The position numbers and the translations under genes are program-made. Below, piece after piece: positions 12,666 to 23,787 of a stretch of DNA of 64,000 nt. The stretch is taken from positions 812,713-876,712 of the forward strand of contig NW_018406874.1 of the NCBI RefSeq assembly GCF_002113885.1. Direction: 5' to 3'. Below the pieces are notes generated by a model, which saw only the letters and a list, made by a program, of their open reading frames with translations, was not told where the DNA came from and ran no database searches. This DNA comes from Mizuhopecten yessoensis. Its lineage: Eukaryota. The stretch's first letter is position 1, and every line of letters begins with the position of its first letter.

Positions 12666-13134
12666 AAATAAAAACCAAAAACAGAAATTCCTGGGGCCTT
12701 ACTCAGGACTTTTCCTCTTCACTCATACACTTAACCAATGTCTGAATAACTTGCAAAGAAAATTAGCCCAAAGCCACAAAATCTCTTTTAGGTTGCCTTG
12801 TCTTTTCCTATATACAAGGGAGAATACTCCAAGTTAAAAAAACACCTGGCAACTAATATTCTTGTAGTTAAGATATTTGACGGACGCAGACATAATTTGC
12901 CACCCTGTCCATATCTTAAATATACTATTGAGATTGATCCTTATTTGACATTTCATATTCTGATACATACGCTAGATTGGCAAGGCCTAATATGGGAAAT
13001 GTTGGGACCCGGGAGGGGGCGTGATACATTTTAAAAGGTTACATATAACTACAGATTAAGAGATTTCAATTATATTTGGCATAAAGCAAAATCTCTAAGC
13101 AAAAAGGTTCATTCATTATTTTATAAATACTGAG

Positions 13135-13258
13135 TGAGCCCCAATAGGGGAACGGGAAGGGCCTATGCCCAATAGGGGAACGGGAAGGGCCCAATAGGGG
13201 AACGGGAAGGGGAACGGGAAGGGCCCAATAGGGGAAGGGGAAGGGCCCAATAGGGGAA
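13135..13258. repeat. Purine-rich minisatellite (GGCCCAATAGGGGAACGGGAAG) inside a degenerate dispersed repeat
   Basis: About 5 imperfect tandem copies are directly visible. Confidence 0.75.
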
Positions 13259-16166
13259 AACCTTTATAATACTTCTCATAGAGTATGGCAGGAGGAATGT
13301 TAACATTACATGGAGTAAAGCATATCTCTCAAACAAAGTAGAGGCAATTCAATTTTGTATAATAAAATGTGTGGGCTCAATCAGGTCGTAGAGGAGTTGG
13401 GGCTCAATAGTAAAAGTTAGGGGTTATCATTTAACTTCTCAGTATGAGTAAAGGGATCTTAACCTTATGTAGGATATTAAAGCAATTCTCAACCAAGGGA
13501 AATAATTGTTTTATAAGAACACATGTTTTCCTCATGGGGGCAGATTGTATAGGGTTCAATAAGGGAAATGGTGGTTACTATTTAAACACTATTCCTTATA
13601 TACAGTTGAAAGAGTTTTAGTCTAATTTTGTATGAACCATATCGCTTTAAGTTCAGTTCTGTCCAGTGTGAGAGTTTTAGTCCTTTGTGGTAAATAGTAC
13701 ACAAATTGGGCTCCAGCAAATAGGTAAGACTGTTCTGTTTAGTTGATAGCTATAATGTTTTTGATTGAATAGGCTTACAAGCACATTATAGAAGTTCAGT
13801 TTTCATCTTTACACTTTGCATTGTAAAAATAGATCCCTGATTATACTTATAATATTGCTGAAATGTGATATTTTTCACCTGTAGGTTATATAAGTAGTGT
13901 ATTGTTATGAATTAGATGGATTATTTTCTACCTGTACAGGTATTTAACATAACCGATGCAGTTAACTTATCTTTCATTAATAATGTATCTATTAACATTT
14001 TCCTTTATTGTTCATCTATAATGCACGGATATCACTTGTGTTTCAGTTTTAACACTTTAAAAAAATTGCTGCATTAATTTCCCACTTTCACTGGTTTGGC
14101 AGACCTCATGCACTATGTCATCAGAAGGAAATGTAATCAATTAAACAAATAACATATGTGTATATGCTAAGTGCTTTAATTTTCCCTGATCAACTAACTA
14201 TCAATGTTGATACCTGATGGATATTTGAGAAACATTGACCTTTAAAAAAAATCAAGATAATTTTAATGCTGTGGTGTTTACAAGGCCATACATGTCAATC
14301 AAACTCAGGTTGATAATACTAGGGCAAAATATAAATAAAGGAAAGAATTATGATTAACATTGAGAGTAAGCTAGGTCAATATATTGTGTATTTCAGAATT
14401 TTGCTTTTTTTTAATAGAAGAGTTATTGTCCTTTGTTTATATCAAAAAAATGTTTGGAGCATATATACCGTCTTTGCTCTTTTAGCTGCATTCACCAAAC
14501 TTGCTATACTTATGTCTTCGGTTGATGGAGTGTCACATATACTATACTCAGGTCTCCTGTGCCACTTTATACAGTCCCACAGGGGTGGGGTTAGAGCACC
14601 ACTTTTTTTTGCTAATTCACATACATTTACCACACTTATAGCACATTTGTACCTTTGGAAAGCAGTGTTGCACACTTGTGTTTTGTGGACCCTTTCTTTC
14701 AGTTATGAAACTTCATTCATTTTAAACACGTTTTTCTTTGTGATGTTTTAAAATATAAGTAAAGGACGATAAACTCGATTCAAATTGTTTTTGAAATTGT
14801 AAAACAAAATTAGAACACCTTGTCTTTTCCCTTTGGCTAATAAAGTAAAACATGCATCACGGTTTCCCAATTTTAACACAATTTATAATTAAACACATGC
14901 AACGTTTGTAGTTACATATGTCTAAATTGTGTTGAAATTGAGAAAGCATAATTCATGAGCAATTATAAGAACCCTACATCAGTATCTATTTCATTTGATT
15001 GTTTTCATTCACTGTGGCCTATTGAGTGTTAACAACTGCATGTGATACTCATCTATGTTAACTTAAACAACTTAAAGTTTACTCTCTCTATAAAGGAATT
15101 GAAATATGTTTGATATCCGTTTTTTTGGAAATAAAGTTGCCGTGTATAGATGACCTCTGTGTGGCCAAGCTGATACTAAGATTTAGTGTGTAACAGTAGC
15201 TGATATGAGCTGAAGATAAGCTACCTTGCCACTTGTACAGATAGTTATGGCACTTTGTTTTGTTCCTTGACCTAAATTGCCATACCTAATGTGATATGTG
15301 TCAGACCCCTAGTGTTGTCTATGATGTGCAGGCTACTGTATGAGTCCATGTTTGTAAGTATTTTTAACAACACTCAGGGGGGATACAAAAAGTAAAGGAA
15401 AATAAAGATCATGGAGAAAATGTATCGTCTTCTTAACAGAAATATAGTGAAATGTAACAGATGCATGCATGTTAAATAATCTTTTCAGTGCGGAGGGGGG
15501 GNTTATACAAAAAAATAGCACATTTACCAAAACCATTTAGAAAACATTTCTAATTTGATTCTAATGTAAAAAGTATTTCATTGAATATTTTTTTCCTCCA
15601 ATGATTATATTGATATGCACAATATAAATTAAAAATATGACGTAAATAATTGAAAATGTTTTATTCAATATGTGCGATCTACAGTAAAAATTTGAATATT
15701 TTCTCATATGTATTCCCCAGAAAGATTATATATTATCCATGTTTGTTTTGCACATGCAATTGAGAAATGTGTGATATGTTTTTGAACATGTGCACATATA
15801 CAAGACAGATTTTGTCACCAGATATGTGACAGTTTTATCCTCAAATGTCTCCATGTCTGTATAGGTGTACTTCAATGGAATCCACTTATACCAAGGTGGT
15901 TTTCTCAACACTTACAAAAATTATATTTCATGCTTAAAATGTTGATATCAATAACTTCTACACAAACAGTTAAGTGGTAACACTTCCAGAAACAAAAACC
16001 TACCAGACCTTCTCTCATCCAAGTGTCCTTGCTTTCCATCTTTCTGATATTTTCTGTACGTATACAACTATAAGATTTGATTTACTATAAATGATTTCAG
16101 CCGTTGATGGAACACATCTGTGACACATTCAGGAGCACCTAACCAGAACAGCTTTGTGACGAGGCG

Positions 16167-19100
16167 ATGGAGAGTGTTTACGATGTAGTAATTATAGGAG
16201 GTGGGGTGGTAGGCTGTTCCCAGTTGTTCACACTAACGAGGCTCGGCTACAGGTGTCTACTTCTGGAGAAGGAAGCCCACCTAGTGTCCATGGCAAGCTC
16301 CGGAAACAGGTATAAAATTCTATTATGATGGTACCGCCGCATTAGTGAATCTATTCAGAACCTGATCATTTATAATCGAAAAATGTATAGTAATTGATGC
16401 AGTCTTCAAAATAAGTTTCTGAGAATGTTGTTTTTGTAATTCATGGTGTTTTTTTTTTTGTTTTTTTTTTATTTGAGGTTATTTTCAGTTTCAAGTCCAT
16501 ACCCTATTCCCATAGGATCAATTTGTTTTCAAAAGCATCTGGGTATCCAAATTATGCAGATCAAACAAGAGTCCCTGATTTGCTCACCTGGATATTTGAG
16601 CAATCATGGGAAGACATTCTTAACAAAAGTACATTTAAAAATATTACCATATATTGAGTATCCTTCACTTAAGAATGGTCAAGACTAAATAAAACTTTAT
16701 ACTTCTCTATCTCAGCATGATACTGGTCAACTAGCATCACACAGGGCCCCCTGGTATTGTGGAAGAAGCTGCTTAAAGATATTTACATATTTGACCCCTG
16801 TGACCGTGAAAGTAGGTCAAGGTAATTTATTTGGGGAAACTTTATAGCACTCCAAGTCTGTCCCAGGTACCTACTGGCCAGGAATCAGTACTCTGCGCCT
16901 CCTGGTTATTCTGAAGAAATTGTTGAAAGGTTTTTACATATTTGACCCCTGTGATCTTGAAAGTAGGTCAAAGTATATCACTCTGTCAAAGGTACCTACT
17001 GGTCAAGTATTATTATTCTGGGCCTCCTGGTCTTGACAGTTTCCACGTTAAGTTCCTAGGGATGGAGTAGACCTCAGGCATATTTTGTAGCATTTGTGTA
17101 TTCATCTCTTCATGTCTTGCAATTGAATATAAGAATATAGGGTGGATATCTTCATTGTTTCCATGTTATAACCCAGGCATCAAGTGCCAAGGGGAGTGGG
17201 GGACCAAGCCTTGCATCACGATGTTTCTTTGTACCTAGCAAGATGAGAATCTCAACTATGCTCATGTATGACCTCTCCCCCCATCTATTCCAGAGATGTC
17301 ATTTATAGCAATAATACCAAATTATCACTTTTTTGCCCTTTCCTACCTTATTTGGGGTCAGCCCCTCCATTTGTACAATTTTGAACCCCTGCCACCTAAG
17401 GATGTTTCCAGTCAAATTTGTAAAGGTGACAGATCGACCAAGAAGGGATGAATCATGATATTTAATAAACTGAACATACTTCATTGGTGACCTTTCTGCT
17501 GTTTCTGTTATAGTGGGATGTTAAATACAGGTTTTGATGCTATTTCTCTGTTATAGTGGGATGTTACATACAGGCTTTGATGCTGTTTCTGTTATAGTGG
17601 GATGTTACATACAGGTTTTGATGCTGTTTCTCTGTTTTAGTGGTATGTTACATACAGGTTTTGATGCTGTTTCTCTGTTTTAGTGGTATGTTACATACAG
17701 GTTTTGATGCTGTTTCTCTGTTGTTATAGTGGGATGTTACATCCAGGCATTGATTCTATTTCTACGTTATAGTGGGATGTTACATACAGGCTTTGATGTT
17801 ATTTCTCTGTTATAGTGGGATGTTACATCCAGGCATTGATGCTATTTCTACGTTATAGTGGGATGTTACATACAGGTTTTGATGCTGTTTCTGTTATAGT
17901 GGGATGTTACATACAGGTTTTGATGCTGTTTCTCCGTTATAGTGGGATGTCACATACAGGTTTTGATGCTGTTTCTGTTATAGTGGGATGTTACATACAG
18001 GTTTTGATGCTATTTCTCTGTTATAGTGGGATTTTACATATAGGCTTTGATGCTGTTTCTGTTATAGTGAGATGTTACATACAGGTTTTGTACTGTTTTT
18101 CTGTTATAGTGGGATGTTACATACAGGTTTTGATGCTGTTTCTGTTATAGTTGGATGTTACATACAGGTTTTGTTGCTGTTTCTCTGTTATAGTGGGATG
18201 TTACATACAGGCTTTGATGTTATTTCTCTGTTATAGTGGGATGTTACAAACAGGTTTGGATGCTGTTTCTCTGTTATAGTGGGATGTTACATACAGGTTT
18301 TGATACTGTTTCTGTTATAGTGGGATGTTACACACAGGTTTTGATGCTGTTTCTGTTATAGAGGGATGTTACATACAGGGTTTGATACTGTTTCTGTTAT
18401 AGTGGGATGTTACATGCAGGTTTTGATGCTGTTTCTGTTATAGTGGGATGTTACATACAGGTTTTGATGCTATTTCTCTGTTATAGTGGGATGTTACATA
18501 TAGGCTTTGATGCTGTTTCTGTTATAGTGGGATGTTACATACAGGTTTTGTTCTGTTTTTCTGTTATAGTGGGATGTAACATACAGGTTTTGAAGCTATT
18601 TCTCTGTTATAGTGGTATGTTACATACAGGTTTTGATGCTGTTTCTCTGTTATAGTGGGATGTTACATACAGGTTTTGATACTGTTTCTGTTATAGTGGG
18701 ATGTTACATACAGGCTTTGATGCTCCATTGGGAAGTATAGAGCATGCCAGTATACTAAGATGTCAACAGCAGATCCTACCTGTCCTCAACTCCCTTGGGC
18801 TTCCATACTCTAAGATTGGTGCAACTATGGTAGCCTGGAACAATCAACAGGTAAAATTCCATCATTTCCTTACATCTTAAACAAAAATTGATATTCAAAG
18901 ACAGAGAAAAATGTGATGTTTGTTAAAAAAAAATGTGTCATCTGGATTATTTTTAATCTTTCATTTTATGTTTGTCTCATGAAAAATCCTTGATCCACAC
19001 CTGGCCAAAATGTCTTATTCTGTCCCATTGGATTTAACAGTGGTTGTGGTTTCACTTATACAATATGTGGTTGATTAATGATGTCTTAAATTTCAATTAT

Positions 19101-22100
19101 TTAAGTGTACAAGTTCCATGTTTGACTTACTGTGTGGATTTTAAATGTACCAGATTTTAATCTTACAGAAAGAGAAACTCCCTGAAGTGCTTCAGAAAGC
19201 AAAGGATGCTACGATAGAAGACATTGTGGAGTTATCTATGTCACAGCTCTACCAGATGGAGCCACATTTAGCCCTCGGAGCAACAGGTGCTCTCTGGATA
19301 CCAACAGAGGCAGTTATTGATCCATGGCTTACACCTATTGCTTTTGCGCATCATGCAAAATCATTAGGTGCTAAGGTACAAGTTGTTCTTTAGAATGGTG
19401 ATTTGGAGAATTTACTGTTGCATTTTGAAAAGACCTCCTGAAAATAACGATAACTTTTAAATCTTTTCAAATTGTAAAGAAGCAAGGATTTTTTTAAATA
19501 GTGGACATAGATTTTAACATACAGAACTTTTATTTGCAACCCCCAACCTCAAAACTGACAAGCCCAAAGTAAAACTAAGATACATTGTGAATCTGCCGTT
19601 AGTTTCCTAAATACTGTTTATAGGGTAGTAATATTACTGTGTGCTCACTAACCATTGTATTTTGTAAAAAAAAAAATCAAATCTGAAGACTCTTGTGTAT
19701 TAGTTATTTATTCTATTTCTGGCTCATCGGACATCCCTGTACGCCATTGTAGGTGTTGACAAGTACAATGGCCCAGAGCTGCGAACTGGATGGCCAGGGG
19801 ATCTGGAAAATCTCTACAACCAGAGGTGTGTTCCAGGGTCGCGTGGTCATCAACAGTGCTGGTCTGTATGGAGATGTGGTCGACAAACTGGCAGGAGTCC
19901 AGAAGTTCAGGTCAGTCTATCTGACAGGTCAGCTTCGAAGATAACCTGGGCTAGCATAGTTTCTAATTAAGTCACTTATAATTGGCATGGCAATGTATAT
20001 GTCTTTGTATATGATGGCCTTTCATACCTTATTCTAGCTGTTGTGTTGTAGGATCAAGCCGAGAATGGGACAGTACCTTATCTACGGCTCAGAAACCCAG
20101 TCGCTCATCAACAGCAGCATTCTCCCCATCCCCACCGAGAAGACCAAGGGAGTCATTGTATTCAAGTCAGGTCTGTGTAGAACATTATTCCGATCCCCAC
20201 CAACTAAACCAAGTGTTATATACGGGAATTCAGGTTCATGTGAATACAAACATTATTCCAATCCCCACCAACTAAACTAAGAGTCATATTGAATTCTGGT
20301 TCATATAGAACTTAAATATTATTCTAATCCCGATCAACAGTGAACTAAACCAAGGGAGACTGGTACGTGTAGAAATATTAATCCAGTCCTCACTAAGTAA
20401 ACTAAAAGGATTAATATTCATGTGTATTCCAGGTCCATGTAGATACAATATTCTGAACCCCACCAACTCAACCACGAGTGTCATCCTTCAGTGCTTAATC
20501 TTAAAAACAGCTTTCAGTTTTAAGTCAATGATAAGTTTCTTAATATATTTCATAAATATTTTAGTTTCATTTGTCGTTTAATGAAATACAGCCCATAATT
20601 TTATCCTTCCAGAAACCAATCCTGACATGTAAAACTGTGTTGACTGTGGAGGTATCAATACCTTCTCATGGATCCTCCTTCAGTCACCGTCACATGGTGG
20701 AATCCCCCACATTACTGCTGCAGAGGGGCTGTTCTCAAGGTCATTTATATTGTTTACATTCTGTGTACTTTCAGTGTATGACAATGTGATAATCGGCCCG
20801 ACACAAGAGGAGACTGAGCAGCGTACCATACCAGTTAGGCTCTCACAGGGGGTGGTGAACAGTTTACTGAATCACGGAAAAGTCACGGTCCCTTCTCTCC
20901 AGTCACACCCTGTAGTGCACACGTACTCTGGTACACGCCCTGCTACAGAAACCAAGGACTACCATGTGGTCCCCCACACTGACAGGTAAATATACTCCCC
21001 TCCCCTCTATTTACACACTGTAGTACACTCCGATATGCATCCCACTACATTGTACAAAGACTCAGAACTACGATGTGATCCCCAACACGGACAGTAAATA
21101 TTGCTTCTCCTCATTGGTCACACCCTGTATTACTTACCCCACCATAGAAACTAAGGACTGCCAAAGCTGACAACAAAACTTTGTCCCTTCCGGTCCTGTG
21201 ACTCCCTGTAGTGCTCACTGGTAACAATTATGTGCCCTACTTCCGACACCCGTACCTAATACCGCTATTTTCACATCCCATAGTAAACACCCTTGCACAC
21301 CGCCCCTGCTACCGAGACAAGGTAAATATTGCACCCCCAATCTCCTGATATACCCTGTAGTATACAGACACACTCTGATACATGTCCTGAAAAAAAAACA
21401 AGAGTATCGCGGGGCGGAACAAAATACGTATAGTGTTATATTCTTTCTTACATTGAAATAAGATCTGCATCATTCTAAGAGTGGTTAGCTGATATGCTAG
21501 TAAAAAATGTAGGAGAAAATCTTCGGACAAAAAATCAAATACTGAAATGAGCAAAAGGCAATAAATTTTGCAAAAATCGTCATATCAAGATTCTTTTCAT
21601 GGAGACACAACTTCATATCATGATTATAATGTATACCAAGTTTCAAAGAGAACGGCCGAAAAATGAAGGAGGAGATCTCCGGACAAAATTCAAATACCGA
21701 AATAAACAAAGGGCAATAGCTTTTGGAAAAATTGTCGAATCAAAATTCTTTTATGGGAGACACAACTTCATATCATGATTATAATGTATACCAAGTTTCA
21801 AAGAGATCGGTCGAGAAATGTAGGAGGAGATCACCGGACAAAATTCAAATACTGAAATGAACAAAGGGCAATAACTTTTGGAAAAATTGTCGGATCCAAA
21901 TTCTTTTAAGGGAGACACAACTTCATATCATGATTATAATGTATACCAAGTTTCAAATAGATCGGTCGAAAAATGTAGGAGGAGATTGCCGGACAAAGTT
22001 TACGCTGGACAGACGGACGGACGGACAGACAACACCATACCATAATACTACTGTCAAATTTGACGGTCGTATAAAAACAAAACCGGGTCTTTATATTTTT

Positions 22101-22614
22101 ACATACCCATACCTAGTTCCTGTACTGTCACACCCTAGGGTAATACCCTGTACTGCATTCTCCACTAAAATACACTATGGTACTACCCATTTTGAAACAT
22201 GACATGTCCAGTGTGATCTTGTTTATCTGGACAATCCTTATGTTATCATCAGGCAAAAGTGCACCTTTAACTTTCAACTTATCCTTCTTAATACATGACC
22301 AACCATCATTCCAGCATACACACAACTGTCCCAGCCTCTGCAGTATCTCGTGTCCTTACAGGAAATGGTTGACCCTGGGAGGTATACGCTCCACAGGCTT
22401 GTCCTCCTGTCTGGGTGTGGCCGACATGGTGGTTGGGATCATGAAGAACAAGTTCTGTCTGGAGCCTTCTAACAGTCCTAGCATGCACATCCCAAAAATA
22501 GACATCAGCTTCACGAACCATCGTACGGCAATGCTTGGATCGGAGGAGTACACGGTCACACACCCACTTACCTACACTGCCAAGTTTGACAGGAAAGTCT
22601 GGGCCGGTTTGTGA
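16167..22614 (+). CDS. FAD-dependent oxidoreductase, DAO superfamily (glycerol-3-phosphate oxidase GlpO/GlpA- or LhgO-like), 7 exons, 414 aa
   Basis: Exons 16167-16309, 18697-18850, 19169-19375, 19753-19910, 20052-20170, 20775-20985, 22362-22614. GT-AG introns, consistent phases, 1245 nt. Motifs: YDVVIIGGGVVG (Rossmann fold), LLEKE, ASSGNSGMLHTGFD, EAVIDPW, VINSAGLYGD, IKPRMGQY, PIPTEKTKG, GPT, YSGTRPA, GGIRSTGLSS. Confidence 0.9.
16562..17450 (+). mobile_element. Degenerate HINE-like element(s) in intron 1 of the oxidoreductase gene
   Basis: AAACAAGAG...GCTCACCTG start. ~151-bp internal repeats with TTTGACCCCTGTGA..TGAAAGTAGGTCAA. The segment at 17340-17420 resembles 23450-23670. Confidence 0.55.
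17496..18724 (+). repeat. Mostly 41/43-bp tandem array (29 copies) of the exon-2 splice acceptor junction
   Basis: Unit (GC)TGTTTCT(CT)GTTATAG|TGGGATGTTACATACAGG(T/C)TTTGAT. The last copy runs directly into coding exon 2 (SGMLHTGFDAPLGS). Confidence 0.95.
20118..20486 (+). repeat. Degenerate ~65-bp tandem copies of the exon-5 3' end plus donor
   Basis: The exon end CATTCTCCCCATCCCCACCGAGAAGACCAAGGGAGTCAT..TCAG|GTCTGTGTAGAA is echoed about 5 times, e.g. CATTATTCCGATCCCCACCAACTAAACCAAG..TCAG GTTCATGTG. Confidence 0.75.
20900..21389 (+). repeat. Degenerate ~100-bp tandem copies of the exon-6 3' end plus donor
   Basis: Exon text CACCCTGTAGTGCAC...GACTACCATGTGGTCCCCCACACTGACAG|GTAAATAT is echoed as AACTACGATGTGATCCCCAACACGGACAGTAAATAT, GTCACACCCTGTA..AGAAACTAAGGACT and CCCTGCTACCGAGACAAGGTAAATAT. 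Confidence 0.7.
21396..22077 (+). mobile_element. HINE/Helentron-like element carrying about 3 x 155-bp central tandem repeats
   Basis: AACAAGAG start. Repeats at 21611/21766/21921 (period 155). (GACG)n microsatellite, 3' hairpin ACTGTCAA-AT-TTGACGGT and an A-run. Confidence 0.8.
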
Positions 22615-22950
22615 AAGGGATAATTTCATCATCACTAAGATTAAATGCATTGGTTTTTATATTTATATTCATATAGAATTGTCGGTATAACCCAATCACA
22701 AAGCAATGACAAACACAGCACCATAAATGTCATTGTCCGACTTGTCATCAGTATGAGGTCACAATGGCAGCACTGAATACCACTGGATCAGGATCAGATG
22801 TGGCTGACAAGACTTACAATTCACTATTCCAACAAATATTATTGCAAGTCAAAATGTAAATACAAGTAATAATGGTATTGATCTTCTTCCTGGTGGCAAT
22901 TTAGGGCCAACAAACAAAAAGATAGCTAATAAAGCAGCTAACTTCATTGT

Positions 22951-23787
22951 AACAAGAGGCCCAGAGGGCCTGTATCGCTCAGCTGGATATCTAAGCAATC
23001 ATGGCAAAATATTCCCCAAATGAGATCCAAGGGCAAGGGAATATGCCAGACCCCAAGGCCAATCCTTGAATTGTAGCATATCTGTATTAAATTTTTCATG
23101 CCCAGCAATTTAATGCATGGTTATGGGGTGGGGATCTCAACTGTTTCCAAGCTGCGACTCAGAAACTAGGTCCCCAGGGTTGTGGCCAGACTCCAGGATC
23201 AATTCTTATATCATAACTGCATTCGTCTCTTTTTGCCCAGCATTTGTATTTATAGTTTTGGGGTGGGGATCTCGACCGTTTCAAAGTTATGACCATGAGA
23301 CTATGTCTCATAGAGTGGGGCCAGACCCTAGGGCCGTCCTGGAAGCAAATAAACATTCTTCCCTTTATACTCAGCAATTGTATATATGGTTATACGGTGG
23401 GGATCTCAACCATTTCCAAGTAATAAACTTTTTTTGGCCCCACCCCTTAGTACGGGGGGGTCAGTCCCACCATTTGTACAATTTTGAATCTGCACTACCT
23501 AGGGATGCTTTCAGTCAAATAAGGTTGATATTCATCTTTTAGTTCCAAAGAAGAAGTTGCTTAAAGCAATATAGCCAAATTGACCCCTTTTGGCCCCGCC
23601 CCTCAGCCAAACCATTTGTACAATTTTGAATCCCCATCACCTAAGGATGCTTCCAGTCAAATTTAGTTGAATTACAATCAGTGGTTAAGAAGAAGAAGGC
23701 GTTTTAAAGAAATTGTTGACGTACGGACGACAGACGCCACAGTATGGCATAAGCTCACCTTGGTCCTTCGGACCCGGTGAGCTAATA
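22951..23787 (+). mobile_element. HINE/Helentron-like non-autonomous element
   Basis: AACAAGAGGCCCAGAGGGCC..CGCTCA start and degenerate internal repeats. GGACGACAGACG then 3' hairpin AGCTCACC..GGTCC TTC GGACC..GGTGAGCT, followed by AATAA. Confidence 0.8.

Noticed and set aside
17815-18655. ORFs repeating MLHTGFDAVSVIVGCYIQVL
   Set aside because: They are read-through of alternating 41+43-bp junction repeats. They end in stops and are not independent genes.
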